Part shown: positions 1-10,723 of the stretch, one piece after another
Layout: the number at the start of each line of letters is the position of its first letter
Numbering within the stretch: position 1 is the stretch's first letter
From: Candidatus Poseidoniales archaeon
GTDB lineage: Archaea > Thermoplasmatota > Poseidoniia > Poseidoniales > Poseidoniaceae
NCBI GenBank assembly: GCA_003602605.1
Contig: QQRW01000018.1
Coordinates: forward strand, 286-64,285
Length of the DNA: 64,000 bases
Direction of reading: 5' to 3'
Notes under the pieces: model-generated
What the model was told of the DNA's origin: nothing
Databases searched by the model: none
Seen by the model: only the letters and a program-made list of their open reading frames with translations
Program-made: the position numbers and the translations under genes

Positions 1-7
1 TGAGCAT

Positions 8-478
8 ATGTACTACGGTGTTTGCTGTGGGGTCATGATTACCATCCTGCTTATGGCGCTTAGAGGCTCCATTCGGACGTTGCTCCTCATTGGGGCCTTG
101 GCTGCAGTAGGGTCGGGTGTGTTGACGCTGGGTGTGGGGATGGATACCCCTTGGGCGCCTTGGGAACGCTCATCTGAAACCATGTTTCCTCCCGTGTTAT
201 TCACGCTCGCAAGTTTCGTGGCAACCGTTGCTTTCTGTGCAACTACGGTGGTCTTCCACGCCTCGTTGAAGATGGTGACCAGCGACCCAGATAAGTGGTG
301 GAGGGTCAGCGGCGTACTGTTCTTGATTGCCTACGGAATGTTCTCGTTTGGCTCAGGGACTGTTGAAGCGGCCATCATGCTCAATCTTTTGCATCTCCTT
401 GTAGGTCTTCCAGCCCTTACCCTTCTGCCACGGGCTTTTCGTAACGTTCCCCATACGTCGCACTCCCGCAGCATGTAA
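8..478 (+). CDS. hypothetical polytopic membrane protein (about 4 predicted TM helices)
   Basis: ORF of 156 aa with four hydrophobic stretches; no recognisable catalytic motif. Confidence 0.35.
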   Translation: MYYGVCCGVMITILLMALRGSIRTLLLIGALAAVGSGVLTLGVGMDTPWAPWERSSETMFPPVLFTLASFVATVAFCATTVVFHASLKMVTSDPDKWWRVSGVLFLIAYGMFSFGSGTVEAAIMLNLLHLLVGLPALTLLPRAFRNVPHTSHSRSM

Positions 479-489
479 GACATCGCCGG

Positions 490-1080
490 GTGAAGAGTTA
501 TACTGAGAGTTCGCAGGGGTTCAATGTGGACGATTTCGCTGATCTTGAAGAGGAATTGCAACCTGTAGCGTCTCAGATTTTACATTCGGACATTGTTGAA
601 TTAATCAAGAATATAGAATCGGATGAAGAAACGAATGGGTTCAAATTTACGCCTTATGAAATCATCTGGACACCAGCATCAAGTATAGGCTGTTTAGTAC
701 TTGGAATCGTTTTGACTCCGCTGCTTATCGGGGTATTTTGGCTTTGGATATTTTTTACCCAGAGGCCCAACGTCCCTATTTCGGAGACTTCCTATTTTTA
801 TGAGTGCCAATATTATATTGCTGAACATCATTCAATCCTTGAATACGAAATATTGAACGGAATCTTAGATGTGACAAGTTGTAAGGTTCATCCAATTGCT
901 GCTGGGTCATACATCGGTTATGAGAGGGTGTCTATGGGTGACAATGGTAATTCACGGGCCAAGTATACTGTTCGAACTCCTTCAAATTTCGTTCAATTAA
1001 CAATGAAAGAGTCGGTGAAATCTTCTGAAGTCTCTCGCTTTTCCAAATTTTCTGGTTTAGAAATCAATACGATTTCGTAA
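490..1080 (+). CDS. hypothetical membrane-associated protein
   Basis: 196-aa ORF with acidic N-terminus and one strong hydrophobic segment (LVLGIVLTPLLIGVFWLWIFF). Confidence 0.3.
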   Translation: MKSYTESSQGFNVDDFADLEEELQPVASQILHSDIVELIKNIESDEETNGFKFTPYEIIWTPASSIGCLVLGIVLTPLLIGVFWLWIFFTQRPNVPISETSYFYECQYYIAEHHSILEYEILNGILDVTSCKVHPIAAGSYIGYERVSMGDNGNSRAKYTVRTPSNFVQLTMKESVKSSEVSRFSKFSGLEINTIS

Positions 1081-1294
1081 AGTCAAATCCAAATTTCGAG
1101 GTGTACTCTCCACACACATGCATAGTTTTTAAAAATCAAAATGCTGGAATTTCGGTTGCGGAAAGTAACATTATATCCGATTCAAGATTCATCCGACGAG
1201 TACTCAAGTCAATACAGCGTGATTGTGCTGAAAAAAACGAAAACGAGGGTTTCTTTTATTGCCCCTCGACTCGTGGATTTACTGAGGGATACCA

Positions 1295-1555
1295 ATGGTC
1301 GAGGGCGAAGGTTCAGTATCCCGTCTTACTGGCCTTGAGGTCTATCTCCCAGATGGCCGCAGATTGGGTATTGTCCATGATGCCGTGGTCGATGCCAATG
1401 GATTGAACTGTACGCATTTGTTTGTCCGTGATACTGAAGAGGAACTGGTCGAAGGTTCGGTTCACGTCGCAGTCCCTTGGAGATGGGTTCGAGCCATTGA
1501 CAGAATCGTCTTGCTGCGTTGGTTCCCGCAAACGCCCATACCTCTCCAAAGCTGA
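1295..1555 (+). CDS. PRC-barrel-like small protein
   Basis: 86 aa; 'VYLPDGRRLGIVHDAVVD...' resembles archaeal PRC-barrel domain proteins. Confidence 0.35.
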   Translation: MVEGEGSVSRLTGLEVYLPDGRRLGIVHDAVVDANGLNCTHLFVRDTEEELVEGSVHVAVPWRWVRAIDRIVLLRWFPQTPIPLQS

Positions 1556-1564
1556 GTTGATTTC

Positions 1565-2695
1565 ATGAGTATGGAAATACATATTCTCGGCACCTCATCT
1601 GCACGGCCTACGAGAAAAAGACAGGTCAGTGGAAGTTTGATCCATTGCGACGAGGGGATCGTCGTCATCGATGCTGGTGAAGGCTTCCAAACACGATATG
1701 CAGAACAACGTAAGCGTCTCAAGAACTTCGAAAAAGGTACAACATTGCGAGCATCGAAAATTAACGCCGTTTGCCTCACACACGGCCACCTTGACCACAC
1801 ATGGGGGCTCCTACCCTGGATGCATACGATGGCTTTGGATAAACGGGAGACACCTCTTCTTGTCCTTGGCCCAACTTCAAAGGAAGTTTTCGATTCTCTC
1901 TTGCTCGCAAATGAAATACCGGAATCCGCCTCGAATGCAGAACTGGCACGACAGATGCGTATTTGGCAATCGCTTGGTGCTACGACAGCAGATTTGGGTT
2001 ATCCTGTTCGATGGATTCTTGGGGATGTAGCGGGCGACCGCTGGCTCGAACTGATTCCGGGGCGACAGCCCGTGCAAGTCAAGGAAATGCCTCAGCCGCA
2101 TGGTTGGAAGAAAACCAGAATTCAACCGGTCATTACTCGGCATACCGTTCCATCGTGTGGATGGATGGTTGAGTCCAAAGGCAGTCCGGGAAAATTCAAT
2201 CGGTTGAAGGCAGCTGAAATGAAACTGACAGATGCACAAAAGACACACCTTTCTTCTGGCGAAGACCTCGAGTTGCCCGATGGAACAGTTCTGAAAGCAC
2301 TTGATTTCCGCGGAAAGCGTCGGCCTTCGACCCGCCTCGTAATTTCGGGTGATACTGCAGAGATGGCTGAAGGGTTCACATTACTCGACGGTGTTGATGT
2401 TCTGGTTCACGAAGCGACGTTTCTGGACGACGCACAACAATGGGCAGATGAGTTCCTTCACTGCACCAGTACTGGTGCGGTCAGAACTGCAGCAGTATGC
2501 TCAGCACGGCACCTTGTTTTGACCCATTTCAGTGCGCGCCTCAAAGAGGCTTCCGTATCGCTCAATGAGGCGATGGACGAAGCTTCGGCTTCCGATTTGT
2601 CCGTGACTTCAGCGTCTGATGGTGACCGAGTCGTCATTCGTGAGAACGGAGAAATCCATCATTTGGTATGGCGCAACGACGGCTGGTCCTCTTGA
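1565..2695 (+). CDS. rnz: metallo-beta-lactamase fold ribonuclease, RNase Z-like
   Basis: N-terminal 'ILGTSSARPT...IVVIDAGEG' and 'HGHLDHTWGL' (HxHxDH) motif typical of tRNase Z / MBL fold; longer than short-form RNase Z (insertion). Confidence 0.55.
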   Translation: MSMEIHILGTSSARPTRKRQVSGSLIHCDEGIVVIDAGEGFQTRYAEQRKRLKNFEKGTTLRASKINAVCLTHGHLDHTWGLLPWMHTMALDKRETPLLVLGPTSKEVFDSLLLANEIPESASNAELARQMRIWQSLGATTADLGYPVRWILGDVAGDRWLELIPGRQPVQVKEMPQPHGWKKTRIQPVITRHTVPSCGWMVESKGSPGKFNRLKAAEMKLTDAQKTHLSSGEDLELPDGTVLKALDFRGKRRPSTRLVISGDTAEMAEGFTLLDGVDVLVHEATFLDDAQQWADEFLHCTSTGAVRTAAVCSARHLVLTHFSARLKEASVSLNEAMDEASASDLSVTSASDGDRVVIRENGEIHHLVWRNDGWSS

Positions 2696-2740
2696 GCAAA
2701 CGGCCACATCATTGAAGTGGATAACGGCCTACAGCGGTAT

Positions 2741-5215
2741 ATGCGTTCAACCGTCTTTGTCGCGCTTCTCCTCTGCACAATGCTGCTTCCAGTCACTGCG
2801 ATAGCGACTGAAGGCCGTGAGCAGCCAAATTGCTTGAACGATACTCCTGATGCATTCTCTAGCGCCACAGTTATCGGTGACGGCGCCTGCATCAAAATCA
2901 ACCTCGGTGTATTGACTCCCGGTGATGTTTACGATCTCTCCATCATTGTAAGCCAAGACGCTCTTGATGTTCTCGTGTTCGATCAGAATTCAGTGCAACC
3001 GTATGATTTAGGCCAATCGTATCGCTCTTCATACGAACAAGTACCTTCGACTGAATCTGCTCTCGGCAGTTTCGAGTTTCACTGGAAAGTTCCTCCTTCC
3101 ATCACTTCCAAATCTTGGTACATTGTTTTCGATAACACTGCTCATTCTGGAGACCAAGGCATGGGCGACCAGGGTGGCGCTGACAGTCGTGCCAGTTTGA
3201 CCATTTCCAAAATTACAGAATCGTATTGGACACCCTTCCATGATGTCATCGGTATGCAAAGTGATTCCTACAAAAATCTACTTTCAGGAGACGATTTCCG
3301 ACTTGATGCGGGGACCACAGTCGTCGTTTCGGCTTGGTCATTGGAAGGCAACGGTGATGTCTATCTTCAGACTCAAGGGATGAATGATTTGTACACCTCG
3401 GGTGGTGTTGGTTCTTTGTTCATTACCGGTGCTGGACTACGCTCAGTCGACGGCTCCGACTCTTTTTCTTGGGTTGTTCCAAACGAATTGGACGGAGAGC
3501 CACTTTTCCTCATCGCTGACAACACAGATACACCGGTTGGAGGGGGTGATGGAACTTCTCCAGTCCGAATGACTGTGCGCATAGAATTCGCCCCACTGCT
3601 CAGTCCCGTCATCAACGACGATTCAAATGGAACGACCATCATTGGCAGGGCAGTTTCACTTGACGCAATGGCGACTCCAAATCGGCTTGAACAAGTTGCA
3701 TCAGCATCTTGGGACTTCGATGCTGATTTCGATTCCAACGGAGACGGTGACAAAGTCAACGACGCTGATGCTTCAGGTTGGCAAGCCCTTGCCATTTGGA
3801 CAACCCCTGGAGATCGAACTGTGACGCTTACCGTCACATCTCCAACCGGCGAAGTCGCCACAACCTCTTCGATAATCTCAGTGACCGATGTCGTAGATCC
3901 CGTTGCACGAATCGGTGGTAATGGACAACCCATCAGCGGTGGCTGGAAACTGGTAACTGACCAATCGATTGCTCTCAATTGCGATGGCAGTACCGATGAT
4001 GACCAAGTGAGCACCTGCTCATGGAACCTCGATGGAACTCCATACGGGCAAAACAATTCCATCACACTCTCTTGGAGCGATATTGGCTTGCATACAGTGA
4101 CACTGACGGTCACTGACCCATCCGGAAACAGCAACACCATTTCGACGCTGATCAGGGTGACCGATACCACTCTACCCGTTCTTGACCAGACCTCTCTTGA
4201 TTTACTTCCGTCATCTGGTTTGATTGATGATACGATAAAGTGCAGTGCCTCAGCCAAAGACTCCTACGACTCAAGTGCAGTACTGCGTTACCATTGGGAT
4301 ACAAATCCAAACATTGACTCCGACGGCAACGGTAATGCTCGAGATGATGCAGATTTGAGTGGTTCGACTGCAGAAATTGTTTTTGCAAAGGCGGGAAGTT
4401 ATGATGTTGTTCTCACCGTTTTCGATCAGTCCAATAATTCCGACAGCCATGCCTTCACGATTACCGTTGAAAACGCAGATGAAAAAGGGACCATCGCTGG
4501 AATTTTGATGGTGGTCTTGTTTATTGGGGCAATCACCATGGGCGTTGCTTTGGTTGGTCATCGTCGCTGGCAAAAAGGAATTGCAATGCAACTTCTTCTT
4601 GATCGAGGTTTGAGTTCCGCAGAGGCAAAAGCCCACATGTCAAACGTTTCGAGCACACGAAAACTTCCTCTATTTTCGTCTGCAATTGCACTTGCAGGAT
4701 TGGAAAGCAACGACTCTGTGCAATCAACATCTTCGAAAGCCGAAGACGCAAAGGCTGCTGAAATGGCAGCAATTTACGGAACTGAACCGTCCGTTGCACC
4801 AACTTCGCAAGGCGCTTTCGCCCCTCCAACATTCGCTTCTCGAACCGTTTCAGCCGGTAGTCAAGCAGCAGCCGCAGATGCCATGGCCTTGTTTAACGAC
4901 GATTCGCCTGCACCATCGATACAACCTGTCCTACAAACGCCCCCCCCTCAAACACTCAATGAACTCACGCCCACAGCACCGATTCAAACCGTTGTTCAAA
5001 GCGGCGGTATTTCATTGCCCGACGGTGTCTTGAAACCAGCTAACGCCACACCGCCTCAACCGACTCCAGTGCCCGAACAAGTATCGCAGCCTGTGCAGAC
5101 ACGGGTCACGTGCAGCGCGTGTTCTGCAGTCTTTGCAATACAGATGCCCGTCGGTGTCAATAAAGTGGTCGTTGCTTGCCCTTCATGTTCGAAGGATTCA
5201 ACCGTTGAGTTATGA
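2741..5215 (+). CDS. secreted PKD-repeat surface protein with single TM and C-terminal cytoplasmic zinc ribbon
   Basis: Signal peptide (MRSTVFVALLLCTMLLPVTAIA); repeated 'TVTLTVTxPxG...VTD' PKD-like modules; TM (IAGILMVVLFIGAITMGVALVG) then Pro/Ala/Gln-rich linker and C-x2-C-x17-C-x2-C at extreme C-terminus. ORF track starts at 2717; internal Met at 2741 gives a cleaner signal peptide. Confidence 0.7.
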   Translation: MRSTVFVALLLCTMLLPVTAIATEGREQPNCLNDTPDAFSSATVIGDGACIKINLGVLTPGDVYDLSIIVSQDALDVLVFDQNSVQPYDLGQSYRSSYEQVPSTESALGSFEFHWKVPPSITSKSWYIVFDNTAHSGDQGMGDQGGADSRASLTISKITESYWTPFHDVIGMQSDSYKNLLSGDDFRLDAGTTVVVSAWSLEGNGDVYLQTQGMNDLYTSGGVGSLFITGAGLRSVDGSDSFSWVVPNELDGEPLFLIADNTDTPVGGGDGTSPVRMTVRIEFAPLLSPVINDDSNGTTIIGRAVSLDAMATPNRLEQVASASWDFDADFDSNGDGDKVNDADASGWQALAIWTTPGDRTVTLTVTSPTGEVATTSSIISVTDVVDPVARIGGNGQPISGGWKLVTDQSIALNCDGSTDDDQVSTCSWNLDGTPYGQNNSITLSWSDIGLHTVTLTVTDPSGNSNTISTLIRVTDTTLPVLDQTSLDLLPSSGLIDDTIKCSASAKDSYDSSAVLRYHWDTNPNIDSDGNGNARDDADLSGSTAEIVFAKAGSYDVVLTVFDQSNNSDSHAFTITVENADEKGTIAGILMVVLFIGAITMGVALVGHRRWQKGIAMQLLLDRGLSSAEAKAHMSNVSSTRKLPLFSSAIALAGLESNDSVQSTSSKAEDAKAAEMAAIYGTEPSVAPTSQGAFAPPTFASRTVSAGSQAAAADAMALFNDDSPAPSIQPVLQTPPPQTLNELTPTAPIQTVVQSGGISLPDGVLKPANATPPQPTPVPEQVSQPVQTRVTCSACSAVFAIQMPVGVNKVVVACPSCSKDSTVEL

Positions 5216-5363
5216 ACCGCCCGTAGGGCGAACTTGAGAACCCTTGAAAATCCGTCCATGAAAGGGATGGGTTCTCATAGTGGTAATTCTTGAGTGCATC
5301 ATGGTAGAGGGCCAACCGCGTTTGATTCGAGTTGGTCTGCCTCAGGCATCAGACCCCCGTCGA

Positions 5364-8300
5364 ATGGCTGTAGCCATGGTCATCTTGATGTTCATATCGA
5401 TGGCTCAACCCGCAGGTGCAGACTTGTCGGTTTCAAGAAATGACTTTGGCGTGCTGGATGAATTGGACGAGACGCTTTCAAAGAGAACCGCTAACGGAGA
5501 AGCCATTGTAGCTGCAGAAGGAGCAGCTGACGCTCTGAATGCGGTTGACCTTGCTCAACGCCCAGTTGATGCCACTGATCCACTTTCTCAGGCGAGCTCT
5601 TACCTTGACAGTTTGGAACTCCGAGACGCTTCACCGTTTGAAGCGGACCATCCTCGACCGTATGAGTTTCTAATGGACGCTTCTACTCAACCTGACGGTT
5701 GGCCTTACAATTTGTTCGAAACTTTGTTTTCAGTACAATCACTCGGTCTTGACAACATTCTCGGCATTGGAATCAATACGTATGCAGTGTACGTTAATTT
5801 CACTTCAAGAGATAACGGTCCATCACATGAAGCATGGGTTGAGGGCACTTTTACTGGTGAACTTTTGGTTGGAACAGATCTTGTTTTGTTCAACAATTAC
5901 ATCGATATTGACGGCGATTCAGTCGATGATTTATCGGTCGGACTAACCATTCAAGGCATCATAACCCAAGGCGATGGATTTGGAATTGAGCTTGGCGATT
6001 GTGAGTTAACACCGAGCCCTGGCCCGGGCATACCCCCAGTTACCGTACCGTGTGTGGAAGAATTGTGGGTGCGCCCGACCTTCCAATGGAAAGTTACTGC
6101 GCTTAACCAGAACGATTTCTTGTGGAACAACATGTCGCACCTTGAAGTCAGCTTGATGAAAGGTCTAGCTTTCGATTTAACGCTTGACGACTCGGAATCA
6201 TATGCCATTGTCATCGACACACGATTTACTCAACCTCCTCACGAATTTACACTTGGAGTTGGTCTACAGAAAATGGCATTCAATGTGAATGCGGTTATCA
6301 CCAATACTGCTGGTTTCATCACTTCACTGTTTAACGGCGGCATCAATGCATCGTCGCTAAGTCTGACATCCATTTCTGCTCCTTACGCCATCCGAGTCTC
6401 AAATCCTGATTCCGACAGTTCGGACCGTCAATCCGACTGCGATGATGGCACTGGTTACTATGACCCGTTCACCGATCATAAAACTGAAAGCCATTTGCAT
6501 AAATGTGGATTTGGTCTCGGTGTTGGCTTCATTCGATTTGATGGGTACGGTGGAGGAACGACTGCTCCGATTTTGGAAACCGCATACATCGATGTAGGTT
6601 TCCACCCTGAAGAAGGTGAAACACGAATCCCTAACGAAGTTGACATCACTCTTCGCAACGATAATCTCGGTGCGAACACATTTGATACTGTAGAAATCTT
6701 TTCCGATTACGGCTCAGACATGTACTTCCACTATTTCGAAGACCGTTCGAATACTACGGAGGGTGATTCACCTTTCGGAAACACAACGGATTCTCGAACC
6801 TGGATTCGAGGCCTCCCCTCGGGAACACTTCACCCCGATGAAATCAATGCTATTTTTACCATGATTGGTGAGGCCCCAGGAAGCGCAAATTTACCCGGAG
6901 AAATTCCGAGCCGTCTTTCAATGATGATTGCGATAAAGAACTTCTCAGGCGACAACACCAACAACGTTAACGATCCAACTTTGCCGGTAAATCCTGCTGC
7001 ACCTCCAAACACGCTTGTTGCCATTGTAGCGACCGAATCAATCGATCTTTTGGACTACAAATCGACCTTCAAACGTGGGGGGTATGATGCTGACTCATCT
7101 TCCATTCAACTGAGCATAGCAAATGTTCCCAAAGTCATCATTGTTGAGGGCAGTTTTCAAATCCCCGAAAGCGGCTTGAGTCGAGTATCCTACGATAACC
7201 CCAACCTCAACACGGTTGCTCAGATTTTCGACAATGCCTTACTGACCGTGATTGAAGTTATTCTGGATGTTGGAGATGTTGTCAACGGTCTACCTGAATC
7301 GATTGTCGGAACGGCTGGTTCTTCTGGGGGAGCGGTACGAATGAACTGCTACAACCAAGTCCGATTGAGCCTACCTGCCTCGACGCGCAGTCCGATGGAA
7401 ATTGGTTCAGTTTCGATTGCAATCTCGAGCAGTGACCAACCTTGGTTGCCTGACATCGACCATATTCTACTGTCAGAGGACACCAATATCCAAACTGTAA
7501 ACGGCCGCCTTGGTGTTCAAGAGCCACTTGTTCCCGTTGCAATGAGCGCTCGAATTGGAGGCATATCGAGCGTCAGCCATGATTACGACCCGATTAACGA
7601 TGTTCGACAAATGGAATTACGAGGAATTAACGGAGGACCCCTTTTGATCGGTCACCTGTTACACGATGACGGAGATTTGACCACTGCCAATCAACAGTCT
7701 GCTACGCTCTCAAACCGCCCCAGCACGTTCAATGTTACTCAAACTGCGGAAGCCCTTACCTACACAGCTTCTGCTCCAATTGGAACCATCACTTACGGAG
7801 GTAACGGAGATGGCCAGCGAAACGCAATACGCTTGAACGGTCTTCCCTCTTCGTTCCAACTTATTTTGGGCGATACTGTCGGTTATGTCGCAGCAACCCC
7901 AATGGAATCGATTGAAGTTCAACTCACGAACTCGACTCAACCGCTGACAATGGACGGCGACCACTTCCGATTCTGGGTGAACGAGACCTCTGGTGAAGCA
8001 AGCCTCAGTACCGCAATTTCAGATGTTACGAGCCTGCGTCGCCTTTCCCCCTTAGATCCTGGTTCGAAAGGGCCTGAAGGGAACTCGCGCATCGAACTTA
8101 TCCGCGCCAACTCCGCTCCAATGAATGTCTTGATGGAAGACGACACCGTCTACGAAGATTCCTTCAAGGGAATGAACGGGCGTGTGGCGATCGACCCGCT
8201 TCCAGCAAACATCACTATTGCTTATCCAAGTGGGGTCGATTCAGGCGGACTTGAATTGCCTACTTTTGACGAAGGCGACGGCGTTCAAGCCCTGTCGTTC

Positions 8301-10004
8301 TTTTTGGGTGACTTAGTCAATTTCGGCTCTCTTGTCAATGATTTCGTTTATTCGACGGTTGTGGATTTGGGCGGTTTAGAGGCCGGAAATGAAGACATGT
8401 CACTTGGTCTTGATTTGATTACCGGCGAATTGTTTAATGTCACTATGGACATCGAAAAAGGCTCGAATGTGATTGATGAACCTGAATGGTCTCACGGTAT
8501 TGGGATGGAAGTTTTCGAAGCAACAGTTGTTTCGTTCAACCTCTCACGAATGCCAACGTATACATTATCGAGCCGTGAAGTTGTTGACGAGGCACTGCGT
8601 GATTACAAAATCACTCCAGCGGAATATGAACTGGTTTTGGAAGTGTTTGAGAACACCAACATCTCCGGATTTATTCCACTTCTTCTTGCACTGGAAGACG
8701 GTATTGTGCTCGATTCAGAAATTGAAGGAGTGAACTTGAGCCAGTGGGAGGAGCAGGGAATTACCTTTGAATTACGTCGCTCATGGCACATGCGCTCTTG
8801 GTTGCCGAGTCTTCCAACCGGCCGGATACTCTTGGAATATGATTTCAGAATGATCGGCGACCTTCCCGTGTACGAACTTGATGTTTATCTCGAACAATGG
8901 ACTCCTAAACGCCAGCAACTGAGTATAATCGTGAACGGACTCGAAGGCCGCGACCTCGAATTTGTCATTTCTGGACTGGACACAACCGAGGCCAACAACG
9001 TAGAAGCGAATGCCGTATTTTCGACGCAGGACAACCTCACCGTTCCTCGCGTATCCATCGATATGCATTATGACCTCGGAACCCGTTTGGATTCTGCCCA
9101 TGCTACTTTCATCGACCGGCGAGAACTTAGCCGCGTTGAGGCGTTAATCGTAGGCGTTCCCCAAGAAACCGATTTTTCTACCACGATTGGTGATATTTTC
9201 CTCATTGATCTCTTGGTACCGTCGCAGTACCAAATCGATGGCCACTCTGCAGAATCGTTGATGATTCAACAGATGCGTTTCGTCGATGGGTTCTGGTGGC
9301 CTGCTACCGCATTCATGCGTGATTTACCTGGTGAAATGCATCTTGCTGCTCAGCCGAACACCGAGTTTGATATCCGCTCAGAGGTCTCGTTCCAGGGGAT
9401 GATGGAACTCGATTACAGGTCCAACACTGATGACATGGATTTGTATTTGGAAGCAACTGGCCGGTCTGTTGACACAAAGGGAGATGTTCTGATGCTCGCC
9501 GAAGACCTTCCTTCCACATTCGTTCTCGAGATGACCGATGACTGGGGCGTTCGTGTCGCATCTTCAGGTGACGGTGTAAGCCGTCTTTATCTCAAACAGA
9601 CCGATGTTCCATCGTCACCGGGAGTTGTAGTGGATCGCGTCGAAATAATCGGCCAAAACCTCCAATCTGCAACCATTCATATTTACACTGGACCGTTCCA
9701 GTATCCATTGATTGTCATTGATGACATTACCAACGGCCGAATCGTGGCCAGTGCTGAGGCCACCGTTGAGCCGTACCATACAACTGGTATGCTTGAAGGA
9801 TATTCATTCAACGGTCGTGCTGTTCTTCTCGATGCCCAATTCACGGGCATCTTACCGACCGCTTCGTCGATTGGCGTCAACGGTATGGTCACCGATCTCT
9901 CCTTGGTAGGAACGCTTACCGACGATACTGTAGAAACCCGTCACATTTTGCTTGTTGAACCGATTACGACCGTCATTGCCAGTGGTTTGGCACTCATTTG
10001 GTGA
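5364..10004 (+). CDS. giant secreted surface protein (about 1546 aa) with C-terminal hydrophobic anchor
   Basis: Long ORF with N-terminal signal peptide (MAVAMVILMFISMAQPAGA) and C-terminal hydrophobic tail (TTVIASGLALIW). No recognisable enzymatic motif. Start moved to internal Met at 5364. Confidence 0.6.
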   Translation: MAVAMVILMFISMAQPAGADLSVSRNDFGVLDELDETLSKRTANGEAIVAAEGAADALNAVDLAQRPVDATDPLSQASSYLDSLELRDASPFEADHPRPYEFLMDASTQPDGWPYNLFETLFSVQSLGLDNILGIGINTYAVYVNFTSRDNGPSHEAWVEGTFTGELLVGTDLVLFNNYIDIDGDSVDDLSVGLTIQGIITQGDGFGIELGDCELTPSPGPGIPPVTVPCVEELWVRPTFQWKVTALNQNDFLWNNMSHLEVSLMKGLAFDLTLDDSESYAIVIDTRFTQPPHEFTLGVGLQKMAFNVNAVITNTAGFITSLFNGGINASSLSLTSISAPYAIRVSNPDSDSSDRQSDCDDGTGYYDPFTDHKTESHLHKCGFGLGVGFIRFDGYGGGTTAPILETAYIDVGFHPEEGETRIPNEVDITLRNDNLGANTFDTVEIFSDYGSDMYFHYFEDRSNTTEGDSPFGNTTDSRTWIRGLPSGTLHPDEINAIFTMIGEAPGSANLPGEIPSRLSMMIAIKNFSGDNTNNVNDPTLPVNPAAPPNTLVAIVATESIDLLDYKSTFKRGGYDADSSSIQLSIANVPKVIIVEGSFQIPESGLSRVSYDNPNLNTVAQIFDNALLTVIEVILDVGDVVNGLPESIVGTAGSSGGAVRMNCYNQVRLSLPASTRSPMEIGSVSIAISSSDQPWLPDIDHILLSEDTNIQTVNGRLGVQEPLVPVAMSARIGGISSVSHDYDPINDVRQMELRGINGGPLLIGHLLHDDGDLTTANQQSATLSNRPSTFNVTQTAEALTYTASAPIGTITYGGNGDGQRNAIRLNGLPSSFQLILGDTVGYVAATPMESIEVQLTNSTQPLTMDGDHFRFWVNETSGEASLSTAISDVTSLRRLSPLDPGSKGPEGNSRIELIRANSAPMNVLMEDDTVYEDSFKGMNGRVAIDPLPANITIAYPSGVDSGGLELPTFDEGDGVQALSFFLGDLVNFGSLVNDFVYSTVVDLGGLEAGNEDMSLGLDLITGELFNVTMDIEKGSNVIDEPEWSHGIGMEVFEATVVSFNLSRMPTYTLSSREVVDEALRDYKITPAEYELVLEVFENTNISGFIPLLLALEDGIVLDSEIEGVNLSQWEEQGITFELRRSWHMRSWLPSLPTGRILLEYDFRMIGDLPVYELDVYLEQWTPKRQQLSIIVNGLEGRDLEFVISGLDTTEANNVEANAVFSTQDNLTVPRVSIDMHYDLGTRLDSAHATFIDRRELSRVEALIVGVPQETDFSTTIGDIFLIDLLVPSQYQIDGHSAESLMIQQMRFVDGFWWPATAFMRDLPGEMHLAAQPNTEFDIRSEVSFQGMMELDYRSNTDDMDLYLEATGRSVDTKGDVLMLAEDLPSTFVLEMTDDWGVRVASSGDGVSRLYLKQTDVPSSPGVVVDRVEIIGQNLQSATIHIYTGPFQYPLIVIDDITNGRIVASAEATVEPYHTTGMLEGYSFNGRAVLLDAQFTGILPTASSIGVNGMVTDLSLVGTLTDDTVETRHILLVEPITTVIASGLALIW

Positions 10005-10008
10005 TTCT

Positions 10009-10674
10009 ATGACGGATGATTCTTCAATTTTATACAACGAACATGGAGACATGGTCGTTCATGAAGATGATATTGAATCTCTTGGGTTGCTGGACGTAGC
10101 TCGGTTGCAAAAGATAGAATCACTGGGGTATACTCTCGACGAAGACGGAATTGAGACGTACGAAGACATGCAACGTGTCACCAAAGCTCTTCGTACGATT
10201 CGTCGAGAAGTGAGCCCGAGTCGAGTCGCACTTGCAGGTATTGTTGTTCTGTTGTTGTTTGGAGTTCTAGTCAGCGGATGGTATTGGGCTCTTCCACGCG
10301 ATGCAGTCAATGTTGAGACGCAATACCTTCAGCGCGGCGGACATCTCTTGATGTCAGAAGTTCACAATGTTGGAAGCCGTGATATCACCGATGTTTCGCT
10401 CCTTATTGAATTCCAATCGATAGAAGGCGAAATACTTGACTTCATGTCCATCGAAGTTGACAAAATTGAAAGTCACTCTTCTTTGGCTGGAGATAAACTG
10501 GAAATGATAGTTATTGGTCATTCAGTTTGGGATGAATACGTCATCAAGGTGGATTTACGATACACCAACTACAACGGTGAAATTATTTCTGAAACATGGA
10601 GCCATTCCGTCGGGGTTTGGACTGTAGAACAATTTGTCGATAAGGCTGACAGGACAACATGGCCGATTTCTTGA
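10009..10674 (+). CDS. hypothetical single-pass membrane protein
   Basis: GGTGA RBS 8 nt upstream of ATG at 10009; acidic N-terminal region, one TM (VALAGIVVLLLFGVLVSGWYWAL). Co-transcribed between giant surface protein and subtilase. Confidence 0.45.
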   Translation: MTDDSSILYNEHGDMVVHEDDIESLGLLDVARLQKIESLGYTLDEDGIETYEDMQRVTKALRTIRREVSPSRVALAGIVVLLLFGVLVSGWYWALPRDAVNVETQYLQRGGHLLMSEVHNVGSRDITDVSLLIEFQSIEGEILDFMSIEVDKIESHSSLAGDKLEMIVIGHSVWDEYVIKVDLRYTNYNGEIISETWSHSVGVWTVEQFVDKADRTTWPIS

Positions 10675-10723
10675 CTCTGAAATCAACGAACTGACAGTAA
10701 TTAGAGGAGGGATAGCCGTGAAG